From an uncultured Collinsella sp. (GTDB taxonomy: Bacteria; Actinomycetota; Coriobacteriia; Coriobacteriales; Coriobacteriaceae), in contig CAAELZ010000074.1 of the NCBI GenBank assembly GCA_900756945.1, positions 2,681-66,680 on the forward strand: 64,000 bases of DNA, given 5' to 3'. Below the pieces are notes generated by a model. It did no database searches, was not told where the DNA came from, and saw nothing but the letters and a program-made list of their open reading frames with translations. Of this stretch, positions 20,233-30,577 are shown one piece after another (the stretch's first letter is position 1; every line of letters starts with the position of its first letter). The translations under genes were made by a program, and so were the position numbers.

Positions 20233-22148
20233 AGGGCACGGACCTCCGGCTCGTTATCGAGCTGCGGAATCGAGCCTATAACGTTGTCAGCCAGCCAGTT
20301 CATCTCGACAATCTGCGTACTCGGCAGGGGAGGGAAGCCCTCAATCTGAACCACGCCGTCCTGGCTGTGGAGCTCGCCGCCAAATGGGTTGATGGAGCCC
20401 TCGACAATGCCGTTGCGAAGCAGCTGCACAAGTTTACGCGTCTGATAGGGTAGGCCCGGAGCGTAGCGAATATCGATGACGCCGGAGCTCATGCCGTACC
20501 AGTAGTTGACGGCGCGCACCTGCTGGTCATCGGCGGTCTCGTCCCATGTGCCGTGCAGTAGGCTGCGTACGATGAGTTCGTAGTAACGGCCCCAGTTCCA
20601 TACCGGCATAGCAATACCGGTAACTTCCTTGCCGTTTACCAGACGGTGAAGCCCGTAGGCGGTGGGGTCCTCGAGAGACTTGGACATATCGGCGCCGGTC
20701 ATGACGCTCACGCCTTCGCGGCACATGGCTTCGGCAAGACCTCCAGCGGGCACATCGCCCCAGGTCAGGATAATTTGCGCACGGGGGTCGAGCAGCGAGG
20801 CGCCAATCGCAAAGGCGTTGATCTCGCTGAGTGCGCCCGAGGCGAAGACCGACGCGTGGTAGCCGATGCGGTGGTTGTCCGCCATGCTGGCGGCAAGGGC
20901 GCCCAGGAGGAACTTGGCCTCGTACATCTTGCCAAAGTACGAACGGACGCTTTGGTGGGGAAGGCCGATAGAGCAGTTAAGGAACCGCACCTGGGGATAC
21001 TCAACGGCAGCTCTGAGCGTGTATTCCATCAGGCGGTGCGAGGTCGAGAAGATGACGTTAGCTCCATGTTTGACAGCCGTTTCCACGGCGGCGTAGAACA
21101 CATCCGGATTATGACAGTCCTCGAACGCCTCGGTGCGCACGATACCGCCAAAGTGCTCATCGAGATACTGACGCCCTTGGTCGTGCAGGCTGTCCCAGCT
21201 CGACGTCGCACAGGGGAACTCATGGATAAAGGCGATGCGCAGGGGGCTGGCCGCCGAGTAGACGGTCTTGCCCATAAAGAAGTTGAGCACGCCGGAGGTG
21301 GACTTGGCGGGCGCCTCTTCCTCATCGACACTCGGTGCCTCGACAAGATCGACCTTCTCCTCATCACTTTTGCCGGCAATGACCAACTCGCGCCAAATCT
21401 TGCACAGGCGGTTTACGACGATATCCGTCGGCGTATCCAGCAGGCGGTCCTGGTTGTACACATTGAGGTAGACGAGCATAGCGTCGACGGGCGTAATGTC
21501 CAGATGGTCGCCGCCGGCGCGCAGGTAGGCGCGCTTAAAGAGCAGGAAGGTGTGGCGCAGGTAGTCGACCTTTTTCTGCGGCCATTTTTCGATAAGGTTC
21601 TGACCGAGCATCTTGGCGAGCGTTTCGTAGCTTCCCTCACGCGAGAACTCGATCTCGTATAGGGGGCAGACGCGCCAAAACGCGCAGAACTCGCCATAGA
21701 GGCGGCTTTCGACGGAATCCCATTTTCCGGGGTAGAGGCGGGTGACCTTGGCCGAAACTGTCGGGGCGTCCAGGAATTTGAGGACGCTGACGCGCTTGTT
21801 GCCCTCTTGGACGTAGAACCGATGCATGAACTCGGTGACGATGATGGGGTCGCGATAGCCCTCGGTCACCTGGATGTCGTAGAGGTTGGACCACTTGCGG
21901 GCGAACTCGGTGCTAAATGGCAACAGGGGCATAAAGTTGCACGAAAAGGCAGACTGACGGCCCTTGGTGACCGTGCCGACGACCATTTCGAGCGGAATAT
22001 CCCGCAGGCCGACGCTCTCTCGCTGACCTAAGGGGAGCTGGGCAACCAAACTGTCGAGGTCCGTAAGGTATGGATGCTCGCTTTGGCTGATGGCGCGTCG
22101 ACGTCCCTGCTCGCCGCGCTTGCGTGCTTGACGATAGGCCTCTTCCAT
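20229..22148 (-). CDS. ParB/Srx-like N-terminal domain fused to a BMP/PnrA-like ligand-binding domain; no signal peptide
   Basis: N-terminal IPLEMVVGT...NFMP...PIIV...FYVQEGNKRVSV. C-terminal SWDSLHDQGR, YEAKFLLGALA, INAFAIGA, WNWG.YY and YWYGMSSGVIDI. Confidence 0.7.
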   Translation of the reverse strand: MEEAYRQARKRGEQGRRRAISQSEHPYLTDLDSLVAQLPLGQRESVGLRDIPLEMVVGTVTKGRQSAFSCNFMPLLPFSTEFARKWSNLYDIQVTEGYRDPIIVTEFMHRFYVQEGNKRVSVLKFLDAPTVSAKVTRLYPGKWDSVESRLYGEFCAFWRVCPLYEIEFSREGSYETLAKMLGQNLIEKWPQKKVDYLRHTFLLFKRAYLRAGGDHLDITPVDAMLVYLNVYNQDRLLDTPTDIVVNRLCKIWRELVIAGKSDEEKVDLVEAPSVDEEEAPAKSTSGVLNFFMGKTVYSAASPLRIAFIHEFPCATSSWDSLHDQGRQYLDEHFGGIVRTEAFEDCHNPDVFYAAVETAVKHGANVIFSTSHRLMEYTLRAAVEYPQVRFLNCSIGLPHQSVRSYFGKMYEAKFLLGALAASMADNHRIGYHASVFASGALSEINAFAIGASLLDPRAQIILTWGDVPAGGLAEAMCREGVSVMTGADMSKSLEDPTAYGLHRLVNGKEVTGIAMPVWNWGRYYELIVRSLLHGTWDETADDQQVRAVNYWYGMSSGVIDIRYAPGLPYQTRKLVQLLRNGIVEGSINPFGGELHSQDGVVQIEGFPPLPSTQIVEMNWLADNVIGSIPQLDNEPEVRAL

Positions 22149-22204
22149 GGTGTCTACTCCCTTAGTCGTTTAAACAACTATATGAACCATGGTACCACGA
22201 TGCG

Positions 22205-22243
22205 AAACTACCACAAAGGTGCCTGTCCCCTTTGTGGTAGTTT
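22205..22243. repeat. REP-like palindrome, copy 2
   Basis: AAACTACCACAAAGG-TGCCTGTCC-CCTTTGTGGTAGTTT. Confidence 0.85.
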
Positions 22244-23009
22244 AGGCGATGATGGGGGCGATGGCACGAATGCAGGCGTCGGCTGCCGTGAAGGTGGTGC
22301 TATCGTCGCTGACGATAAAGATGATTTTGCCCTTGACGCCAAAGTCGCCGATCTCGCTAAAGAGCACGTACGGCTCCTTGTCAAAGCCAGAGATGGGAAG
22401 CACCGCGGCCTTGGTGGCGTCGGTAAGCTCATCTGCCAGCGCGTCCAGCGAGGCCCACTTAGACGTGTCCTTTACGGCAACGGGCACGGCCACGCGCCCA
22501 AAGGGCATCAGGTGCACGAGCGTGTTCTTGGAGATGTTGGAGTTGGGCACAATGATGGTCTGCCCGCAGGCATCCTCGATGGTCGTGTGGCGCCAGGTGA
22601 TGTCTTGGACCACGCCCGACACGCCGCCGACCTCGATATTGTCGCCGGGCTTGATGATGCCGATGAAGGTCACCTGCATACCGCCGATAAGGTTCGACAG
22701 CGTGTCCTGAAAGCCGAGCGAGATGGCGATGCCGCCGACGCCAAGAGCGGCGACGAGGGCGTTTGCATTAATGCCAAAACAGTTGTCGAGGATAAAGCTG
22801 CCGCCGATCATCCAGATGACGGCGCGTGTGATGTTGATGAAGATGCTCGATGCTGGGAGCGGGTTATCATCGCGGTTAAGCAGGTGGTGCAGGGTCTTGG
22901 ACGCGATTTTGGCGGCAACGGCGGTGCCGATGGCCAAGATACCGGCCCAGATGATGTTGTGGACCCATCGTTGTGCAAAGAAATGAAGAATTGGCTCAAA
23001 CAATTCCAT
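22242..23009 (-). CDS. MscS-family small-conductance mechanosensitive channel
   Basis: Three TM helices, GVGGIAISLGFQDTLSNLIGG, PGDNI and IVPNS motifs. GAGGAGG RBS before 23009. Confidence 0.88.
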   Translation of the reverse strand: MELFEPILHFFAQRWVHNIIWAGILAIGTAVAAKIASKTLHHLLNRDDNPLPASSIFINITRAVIWMIGGSFILDNCFGINANALVAALGVGGIAISLGFQDTLSNLIGGMQVTFIGIIKPGDNIEVGGVSGVVQDITWRHTTIEDACGQTIIVPNSNISKNTLVHLMPFGRVAVPVAVKDTSKWASLDALADELTDATKAAVLPISGFDKEPYVLFSEIGDFGVKGKIIFIVSDDSTTFTAADACIRAIAPIIA

Positions 23010-23106
23010 GTAGGGAAACCTCCTCATGATCATCCAACCATGATACCCACCAAGAAGCCCGTCCGATCACATTGGACGGGCTTCTGCGCTCGATATAAGG
23101 GTTAAC

Positions 23107-23149
23107 GAAAACCACCACAAAGGTGCCTGTCCCCTTTGTGGTGGTTTTC
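23107..23149. repeat. REP-like palindrome, copy 3
   Basis: GAAAACCACCACAAAGG-TGCCTGTCC-CCTTTGTGGTGGTTTTC. Confidence 0.85.
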
Positions 23150-23156
23150 TAGGTCG

Positions 23157-23951
23157 TTAGCTCAGCAGCATGCGGTCGTTGGCGAGCTCGCCACCCGAGA
23201 CCTCCTCGAACTTCTGCAGTAGGTCGGCCACGGTGAGCGACTTCTTCTCATCGCCCGCCACGTCGTAAATCACATGGCCCTCGTGCATCATAATCAGACG
23301 GTTGCCCAGACGGATGGCGTCGTTCATGTTGTGCGTGACCATGAGCGTGGTCAGGCGGTTCTCGTCGACAATCTCCTCGGTCAGGCTGAGCACCTTAGAG
23401 GCCGTCTTGGGGTCGAGGGCCGCCGTGTGCTCGTCGAGCAGCAGCAGGCGCGGCTTGGTGAGCGTGGCCATCAGCAGGGTGAGTGCCTGACGCTGGCCGC
23501 CCGAGAGCAGGCCGACCTTGGCGTTGAGGCGTGTGTCCAGGCCAAGGTCCAGGCGCTTGAGCAGCTCAACGTACTCGTCCTTCTCGGCCTTGGTGACGCC
23601 CCACGAAAGGCCGCGACGCTGGCCGCGACGCTTGGCGAGGGCCAGGTTCTCGGCGATCTGCATATCGGCAGCGGTGCCGCGCATGGGGTCCTGAAACACG
23701 CGGCCCAGGTACTTGGCGCGCTGCGACTCGCTCAGACGCGAGATGTCGGTGCCGTCGAGCTCGATAACGCCCGAATCGAGCGGATACACGCCGGCGATCA
23801 TATTGAGCAGCGTGGACTTGCCGGCGCCGTTGCCGCCAATCACGGTTACAAAGTCGCCGTCATTCAGGGTGAGGTCGACGCCGGTGAGCGCGCGCTTCTC
23901 GGTGACGGTGCCCTTGTTAAAGGTCTTCTTGACGTGCGAGAGCTTAAGCAT
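23157..23951 (-). CDS. ABC transporter ATP-binding subunit (putative Trp/Tyr uptake type)
   Basis: GGNGAGKST, RVFQDP, LSGGQRQ and LLLDEHTAALDP motifs. Confidence 0.88.
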   Translation of the reverse strand: MLKLSHVKKTFNKGTVTEKRALTGVDLTLNDGDFVTVIGGNGAGKSTLLNMIAGVYPLDSGVIELDGTDISRLSESQRAKYLGRVFQDPMRGTAADMQIAENLALAKRRGQRRGLSWGVTKAEKDEYVELLKRLDLGLDTRLNAKVGLLSGGQRQALTLLMATLTKPRLLLLDEHTAALDPKTASKVLSLTEEIVDENRLTTLMVTHNMNDAIRLGNRLIMMHEGHVIYDVAGDEKKSLTVADLLQKFEEVSGGELANDRMLLS

Positions 23952-24867
23952 CTGCCTCATCCCCCTTCGTGTAGGAGCTGCGGAGCTTATAGCGCTCCCA
24001 AACCACGGGCACGCACAGGGCCACGGCGACAATCACGGCGGAGAGCAGCTTCATGTCGTTGGCGTCCATGCCCAACTGCAGCACGATGGCGCGGATAAGG
24101 AAGTACACCACGGAGCCAAAGACGGCGGAGGCAAGACGGACGCTAAACTGCGTGAGGCCGCCGGGCAGCAGACGGCCGAGCACCTCACCGATAACAATGG
24201 CGGCAAGACCGATAACGATGGCGCCGGTGCCCATACCAATGTCGGCATACTTTTGGCTCTGGCAGATGAGCGCGCCCGAAAGGCCGATGAGGGCGTTGGA
24301 GAGCACGAGGGCGATCATCTTGGTGGAGTTGGTGTTGACGCCCAGAGCGCGGATCATGTACTCGTTGTTGCCGGTGGCGCGCAGCGCCGAGCCGATCTCG
24401 GTGCCAAAGAACCAATACAGGATGGCAACGATAGCCACGGCGAGCAGGATGCCCAAGATGATGGCAACGGTGGACTGCGGCAGACCGGTCATATTGCTGA
24501 CGGCCGAGAACACGGTGCCCTTGGCAAGAATGGGCGTATTGGACTTGCCCATGATGCGCAGGTTGATGGACCACAGGCTGATCTGGGTGAGGATTCCGGC
24601 GAGGATCGCGGGAATCTCAAAGACGGTGGTCAAAATGCCCGTGACGGCACCCGCGATGGCGCCGGCGCACATACCGGCCAGCACGGCGAGCAGCGGGTCG
24701 ACGTTGTTATTGACGATGAGCACAGCGCAAACGCAGCCGCCGAGGGCAAAGCTGCCGTCGCAGGTCATATCGGGAATGTCGAGCAGGCGGAACGTGATAA
24801 ACACGCCAAGCACCATAATGCCCCAGAGGACGCCCTGCGAAACGGCGCCCTGCAATGCAATGAGCAT
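23944..24867 (-). CDS. ABC transporter permease (putative Trp/Tyr uptake type)
   Basis: PDMTCDGSF, SINLRIMG and LRATGNN motifs; multiple TM helices. Confidence 0.86.
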   Translation of the reverse strand: MLIALQGAVSQGVLWGIMVLGVFITFRLLDIPDMTCDGSFALGGCVCAVLIVNNNVDPLLAVLAGMCAGAIAGAVTGILTTVFEIPAILAGILTQISLWSINLRIMGKSNTPILAKGTVFSAVSNMTGLPQSTVAIILGILLAVAIVAILYWFFGTEIGSALRATGNNEYMIRALGVNTNSTKMIALVLSNALIGLSGALICQSQKYADIGMGTGAIVIGLAAIVIGEVLGRLLPGGLTQFSVRLASAVFGSVVYFLIRAIVLQLGMDANDMKLLSAVIVAVALCVPVVWERYKLRSSYTKGDEADA

Positions 24868-25070
24868 GCTTCATACCTCCTAGGATAGGGTGGACACGTG
24901 ATTCACCATAATAGCGGTAACAATGCATAGAAGAGCTGCGGACAGACGTTTTGTTTTACCTGAAACAAGCAGGGCGGACGCCGGTCTACAGCGCCCGCCC
25001 CTGTGGCTCAGATATTGAATAACGCGGCTAAGGCGCGAGCACGGGCTCTAGACGCATGCCGCGTATGGCA

Positions 25071-26051
25071 TTACGCGTCCAGAGCGGAAAGGTCGATGCC
25101 CAGGGCCTCGGCCATTTCGTCGTTCTTGACGACGACCAGGTCCTTGCTCGAGAGGTGCTTGATCGGCATGTCTTCGGGCTTGGCCTCGCCCTTCAGGATC
25201 TTAACGGCCATCTCGCCCGCGGCGTAGCCCAGGTCCTCATAGTTGATGGAGAGGGTGAACAGGCCGCCGGCCATGCACATACCCTCCTCGCCAGTCACGA
25301 AGGGAAGCTTGTTTTCCTTGCAGATCTGGCCGACCTGCGAGGCACCCGCGGCGATGGTGTTGTCGGTGGGGGAGTACAGCGCATCGACCTTGCCCACGGC
25401 AGACTCGACGACGGACTGAATCTCGTTGGAGCTCGAGACGGTGAAATCGGTGTACTCGAGGCCCAACTTGTCGAGCTCCTTCTTGGCGGCCTTGATCTGG
25501 ACGCCGGAGTTGGACTCGGCGGTGCAGTAGAGCAGGCCGACCTTCTTTACGTCGGGCAGGACCTTCTGCATCATCTCGAGTTGCTCGGCGACCGGGGTGA
25601 GGTCGGAAGCGCCTGTGACGTTGGTACCCGGCTTGTCGTTGTCCTGGACCAGGCCGGAGGCGGCGTAGTCGGTGATGGCGCAGCCCACGATGGGGATATC
25701 CGCCGTGGCACCGGCAGCAGCCTGTGCGGCGGGCGTGGCGATGGCGTAGATCAGGTCGACGCCATCGCCCACGAACTTGTCGGCGATGGACTTACACGTG
25801 GACTGGTCGTTCTGGGCGTTCTTCTGGTCGATCTTGACCTTAAGGCCGCTCTCCTTGATGGCCTTGACAAAGCCGTCGTTGGCGGCATCGAGTGCGGAGT
25901 GCTCGGTGAGCTGCAGAACGCCGATGGTGTAGTCGGAACCGGCGGCAGCAGAGCCGGAACCAGAGTTGCCGCCGCATCCGGCGAGCGGGGCGAGCGCGAG
26001 CAGGCCGGCGGAGACCAGAAGGCTCCTGCGGCTGATGGTGATGTCCTTCAT
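25071..26051 (-). CDS. ABC transporter substrate-binding lipoprotein (putative Trp/Tyr)
   Basis: SRRSLL...LAGC twin-Arg lipoprotein signal; EHSALD, AIATP, NVTGASD and PTDN motifs. Confidence 0.85.
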   Translation of the reverse strand: MKDITISRRSLLVSAGLLALAPLAGCGGNSGSGSAAAGSDYTIGVLQLTEHSALDAANDGFVKAIKESGLKVKIDQKNAQNDQSTCKSIADKFVGDGVDLIYAIATPAAQAAAGATADIPIVGCAITDYAASGLVQDNDKPGTNVTGASDLTPVAEQLEMMQKVLPDVKKVGLLYCTAESNSGVQIKAAKKELDKLGLEYTDFTVSSSNEIQSVVESAVGKVDALYSPTDNTIAAGASQVGQICKENKLPFVTGEEGMCMAGGLFTLSINYEDLGYAAGEMAVKILKGEAKPEDMPIKHLSSKDLVVVKNDEMAEALGIDLSALDA

Positions 26052-26211
26052 ATCATTACCCCCAGTATAAAAATGGCTGGAAACACTGCACTGGGACAAA
26101 GTGCAAGTGGAACTATAGTAGCGCTGATGTCCATTTTTACAACAGCCTGGCGGGTTTTTTAATACAGAATCGGATGGGCGGTACGGGTAGTCGAATGGGC
26201 GGCGGAGGGCC

Positions 26212-27006
26212 TTATGCGGCGGAGGAGGCGTCGTCCTCGTCCAGGGCGGCGAAGAGCTTCTTGCCGTCGAGGAGACGTGTGGTGACGTTTCTCATTCGGC
26301 CGATCTCTACGGTACGCAACGTGTCATCGGCGCCTCGCGCGTCATAGACCGTTCCCAGCACATACGAGATGCCGTCTCGTTGCTTGATGGCAAAGGGCCG
26401 GAGTGTCATCCGCGCCACTTCGACCTCTCCGCGTGCCGTGACACTCGAAATATCAAAACTCACCGTGGTTCCGTGGTCGATGGCCTGCTCGATGAGCTCG
26501 CAGGCATCGATGCGCTTGACGGGCGTGCGTGTGGCCTTGGTGGATTTGCCGTCTGCGCTTGGAGCAGGCTCGGGCGCATCGAGGTAGCCGCGAACGTCGG
26601 CACTCGCCATGGCAACCAGGTGCTGCGCCATGCTTTTTCGAATGGCGATGGGTGTGGAGCGGTTGCGCATGACCATGCCGTGGAGCCGGATGATCTCTTC
26701 ATCGGTGAGCGGGCGGGTAAGAAGTTTGTAGCCCACGCCGCGTTTGTACTCAATTTCGTATCCGGCATGGCGAAGCGCGGAGATGGCGGTGTAGATGCTG
26801 CGCCGCGCCGCCGAGATGGGCATGCGGGCGGGGTCGTCGGGATGGGCGAGGCGCCGGATCAACTCATCGGAAAGCATGGCCTTGTCCTCGCCGGTGTTTT
26901 CGCTTAATAGTTGCAGGATGCGAACGGCGCGATAGGCTGCCATCGAGGCGGCGCCCCTCGTCGTGGTGTCGTAGGTTTCAACAGCGGCTTCGGTCATCGT
27001 GCCCAC
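26212..27006 (-). CDS. wHTH + WYL-like transcriptional regulator (no WCX domain visible)
   Basis: N-terminal ILQLLSENT...RRSIYTAISALRHAGYEI. C-terminal IEQAI...VSF...LRPFAI...SYVLG...RTVEIGRMRNV. Confidence 0.65.
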   Translation of the reverse strand: MGTMTEAAVETYDTTTRGAASMAAYRAVRILQLLSENTGEDKAMLSDELIRRLAHPDDPARMPISAARRSIYTAISALRHAGYEIEYKRGVGYKLLTRPLTDEEIIRLHGMVMRNRSTPIAIRKSMAQHLVAMASADVRGYLDAPEPAPSADGKSTKATRTPVKRIDACELIEQAIDHGTTVSFDISSVTARGEVEVARMTLRPFAIKQRDGISYVLGTVYDARGADDTLRTVEIGRMRNVTTRLLDGKKLFAALDEDDASSAA

Positions 27007-27255
27007 GTCCTTTCCGTTTTGGGTGGCGACGGTATGGAGCCTAGGACGTGGGGCTTTTTCAGGGGCGCAGGGCGCTCTGGGCGGTCGGTAGTTGTCGGCA
27101 AACGGCGGGTCGAGTTTTCAACAGCCCTGCTCAACTGACCAAAAACTTGCCAAAAGCTTGACGGATGCTGTTGAAAAAAGCGCCTCTCGACCGATGTCGA
27201 GAAGCGCTTATGCGATGAGCGTTGGCGTGTGGCGACGCGAGCTAGCGTCCGACGA

Positions 27256-28659
27256 TTAGAAGTCGGCGTTGCCCACGGTGCGCGGGTGCGGCAGGACGTC
27301 GCGGATGTTGCCCACGCCGGTCAGATACATGACCAAGCGCTCGAAGCCCAGACCGTAGCCGGCGTGCTTGCAGGAACCGTAGCGGCGCAGGTCAAGGTAG
27401 TACTTGTACTGCTCGGGATTCATGCCCAGGTCCTTGATGCGGGCCTCGAGCAGATCCAGGCGCTCCTCGCGCTGGGAGCCGCCGATAATCTCGCCGATAC
27501 CGGGAACCAGGCAGTCGGCGGCGGCGACGGTCTTGCCGTCCTCGTTCATGCGCATGTAGAACGCCTTGATCTCGGCCGGGTAGTCGGTCACAAAAGTCGG
27601 TCGCTTAAAGTGTTCCTCGGTCAGGAAACGCTCGTGCTCGGTTTGCAGGTCGATGCCCCAGCTCACGGGATAGTCAAACTTGTGACCGGCGGCGACGGCC
27701 TGCTCCAGGATCTCGACGGCCTCGGTGTAGGTAACGCGGGCAAAGTCGGAGTTGGCGACATGGTCCAGGCGCTCGAGCAGACCCTTGTCCACAAACTTGT
27801 TGAGCATGTTGAGCTCGTCGGGGCAGGTTGCCATGACGTCCTTGAGGACATACTTGAGCATGGCCTCGGCGTTATCCATATAGTCGTTAAGGTCGGCAAA
27901 GGCCATCTCGGGCTCGATCATCCAAAACTCGGCGGCGTGGCGCGTGGTGTTGGAGTTCTCGGCACGGAAGGTGGGGCCAAAGGTGTACACGTCGCCAAAG
28001 GCCATGGCAAAGTTCTCGGCATTGAGCTGGCCGGACACGGTGAGGCTTGCATGCTTGCCAAAGAAGTCCTGGCTCCAGTCGACCTCGCCGGACTCGGTGA
28101 GGGGCGGATTTTTGGGGTCGAGCGTGGTCACGCGGAACATCTCGCCGGCGCCCTCGCAGTCACTCGTGGTGATGATGGGGGTGTTGACGTAGACAAAGCC
28201 CTGCTCCTGGAAGAAGCGGTGGATGGCGGCAGCCGCGACAGAGCGGATGCGGAAGACGGCGCGGAACAGGTTGGTGCGCGGGCGCAGGTGCTGCTGGGTG
28301 CGCAGGAACTCGACGGTTGCGCGCTTCTTCTGCAGCGGGTAATCCGGGGCGCTGACGCCCTCGACCTCGATGGAGGTGGCAGAAAGCTCGAAAGGCTGGG
28401 GCGCATCGGGGGTCAGCTTGACGGTGCCGGTGCAAATGAGTGCGGCCGAGACGTTTTGATGGGCGATCTCGTCGTAGTTGTCGAGTGCCTCGCGGTTCAT
28501 GACGACCTGCAGGTCGCGGAAGCAGCTGCCGTCGTTGAGCGTAACAAAGCCAAAGTTCTTCATGTCGCGGACGGACTTGACCCAGCCGGCGACGGTGACG
28601 GTCTGGCCGCCGAGCGATTCGGCATCGGCATAGAGCTGCGCGATTTTGGTGCGGTTCAC
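27256..28659 (-). CDS. asnS: Asparagine--tRNA ligase
   Basis: [36 protein letters not shown] and GGSQRE motifs. GTG start after GGAGGA. Confidence 0.96.
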   Translation of the reverse strand: MNRTKIAQLYADAESLGGQTVTVAGWVKSVRDMKNFGFVTLNDGSCFRDLQVVMNREALDNYDEIAHQNVSAALICTGTVKLTPDAPQPFELSATSIEVEGVSAPDYPLQKKRATVEFLRTQQHLRPRTNLFRAVFRIRSVAAAAIHRFFQEQGFVYVNTPIITTSDCEGAGEMFRVTTLDPKNPPLTESGEVDWSQDFFGKHASLTVSGQLNAENFAMAFGDVYTFGPTFRAENSNTTRHAAEFWMIEPEMAFADLNDYMDNAEAMLKYVLKDVMATCPDELNMLNKFVDKGLLERLDHVANSDFARVTYTEAVEILEQAVAAGHKFDYPVSWGIDLQTEHERFLTEEHFKRPTFVTDYPAEIKAFYMRMNEDGKTVAAADCLVPGIGEIIGGSQREERLDLLEARIKDLGMNPEQYKYYLDLRRYGSCKHAGYGLGFERLVMYLTGVGNIRDVLPHPRTVGNADF

Positions 28660-28840
28660 GTATCCTCCCATAACGGTTGAATGATAGTTATCCATACAGT
28701 TCGATATTTTAGCAGCTCGGCTCATTTGGGCTATACAGATAAAGCATTGGCGGGATGGTTTTTCAAACGAAAAGTGCCCGCGGCCAAATGGTCGCGGGCA
28801 CTTGACGAGGTGCCTTTTGGCTGTGTGGCGCGGGGCCTGG

Positions 28841-29404
28841 CTACTTGGTCTTGGCTACCAGCAGCGGGTCGCCAAGCTTGACGAGCGGGTTGCCGCCGAT
28901 AAGCGTTCCAGACTCGCCGACATGGTCGATGCTCTTAAGACGATCGAGCTCGGAGACGATGACGGTCACGATGTCCTCGTGGCCGGCGGCCTTGATGGCC
29001 TCGCGATCGAAGCTGATGAGCGGCTGGCCGGCCTTGACCACATCGCCCATCTCGACAAAGCGGGCAAAACCCTTGCCGTTCATTTCCACGGTGCCCAGGC
29101 CAACATGGATGAATACGCGCAGACCGTCCTCGGTAATCATGCCGATGGAGTGGTTGGTGACAGTGGTGGCGCCGATGCGGCCGTTGGCGGGCGCATAGAT
29201 GGTGCCGGTAATGGGCTCGATGCCATAGCCCTGGCCAAGCATGCCCGAGGCGATCGTCTCGTCGGGAACCTCGTCCAGGCTGACGAGCACGCCGTTGACG
29301 GGGGCATAGATGACGCCTTCGCGGGTGGCGAAGCTTGCTGCGGGCGGAACGGACGCCTCGCCGGTCGAGGTGAAGGTGGACTTAAGCGAATCGAGCAGAC
29401 CCAT
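28841..29404 (-). CDS. PTS glucose-family EIIA component (stand-alone)
   Basis: [31 protein letters not shown] motifs. Confidence 0.88.
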   Translation of the reverse strand: MGLLDSLKSTFTSTGEASVPPAASFATREGVIYAPVNGVLVSLDEVPDETIASGMLGQGYGIEPITGTIYAPANGRIGATTVTNHSIGMITEDGLRVFIHVGLGTVEMNGKGFARFVEMGDVVKAGQPLISFDREAIKAAGHEDIVTVIVSELDRLKSIDHVGESGTLIGGNPLVKLGDPLLVAKTK

Positions 29405-29450
29405 AGTTGCCTCCAACTTAAATAGGCGCATATCGCGCGTTTGGTTTGCC

Positions 29451-29463
29451 GGAAACGTTTCAT
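29451..29463. promoter_or_regulatory. LacI-family/cre-like operator upstream of EIIA
   Basis: GGAAACGTTTCA palindrome with a central CG, about 50 bp before the start. Confidence 0.5.
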
Positions 29464-29648
29464 ATCTGTTTCGCGGCTTGGTCAACACCCCCTATTCTAC
29501 GCTGCTCAGCGATACCTCTGAGCTGGGATTATGTGATATATCAGTTGAAGGGAAACTTATTGCTGGCGTGTTTCTGCGTCACGGGTTCAAGTGGGGTACG
29601 CTTGAAGGCGAAAAACAAGGGCGCATAATTTGCGCGAAGGGAGCACAT

Positions 29649-30548
29649 ATGATTGTCGAGAACCATGCGCTGTGGGGCGAGGAGCCGACCGAGGAATATC
29701 CGGCGACGTTTACGTATTTGGGTGCCGAGCCGCTGCCCGATAAACCGAATGGTCGCCGCCCTGCCGTGATTATCTGCGGCGGAGGTGCGTTTACGCATAT
29801 CGCTCCGCATGAGCAGGATCCCGTGGCGTTTGCGTTTTTGGATCACGGTTACCAGGCCTTTGTGCTCAACTATGTCACGAGTTCTACGGGTGACGTGAGC
29901 TTTCCGCGCCCCCAGGCGGATCTTGCCAAGATGGTCGCCACGGTGCGCGCCAACGCCGACGAGTGGCATGTCGATCCTAAGCGCGTGTGCGTCGTGGGAT
30001 TCTCGGCGGGCGGTATGATCTGCGCTTCGCTGGCAACGCAATGGAAGACTGGTCCCTTCGCGGGCCTTGCCGGGGCTCGTCCGGAGGATATTCGTCCCGA
30101 CGCCGTGGTGCTGGGCTATCCGTTGCTCGACCTTGCCTATGTGCGCGATATGCAGACGCGCGACCCGCGCATCGACCTGCGCGTGCCCAAGACGGGTGGC
30201 AAGACGGGGCGCGATTTGCTCAACGACTATCTGTCGATGGTGACGGGCGGCGAGGCGACCGATGAGCACCTGGCCGACATTTGCCCTACCACGCACGTTT
30301 CGCGCCAGATGCCCCCGACCTTTGTGTGGGGCGTTTCGGACGACAAGACGGCGCCGGTCGCGCAGGTCTACCCGTTTGCGCAGCGCATGGCCGAGGAGGG
30401 TGTTGCATGCGAGATGCACGTCTTTGACCAGGGCGGTCACGGCCTTTCGCTCGGCAACGCCAACACCGCGGTCGACAACGAGGACAAGCAGGTGGCAGTC
30501 CGTCCTTGGATCCGCCTGGCCTTCCGCTTTTTGGAGCGTCATCTGTAA
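29649..30548 (+). CDS. Alpha/beta hydrolase (esterase/lipase)
   Basis: CGGG oxyanion motif, GFSAGG nucleophile, D...GGHG. Confidence 0.85.
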   Translation: MIVENHALWGEEPTEEYPATFTYLGAEPLPDKPNGRRPAVIICGGGAFTHIAPHEQDPVAFAFLDHGYQAFVLNYVTSSTGDVSFPRPQADLAKMVATVRANADEWHVDPKRVCVVGFSAGGMICASLATQWKTGPFAGLAGARPEDIRPDAVVLGYPLLDLAYVRDMQTRDPRIDLRVPKTGGKTGRDLLNDYLSMVTGGEATDEHLADICPTTHVSRQMPPTFVWGVSDDKTAPVAQVYPFAQRMAEEGVACEMHVFDQGGHGLSLGNANTAVDNEDKQVAVRPWIRLAFRFLERHL

Positions 30549-30577
30549 GAGGGGCGGCCTCATCCCGGCCCTTCAGA

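Noticed and set aside
27115..27177. TTTTCAACA motifs as an oriC DnaA-box cluster
   Set aside because: There are only two mismatched boxes, with no dnaA/dnaN context or AT-rich unwinding element.
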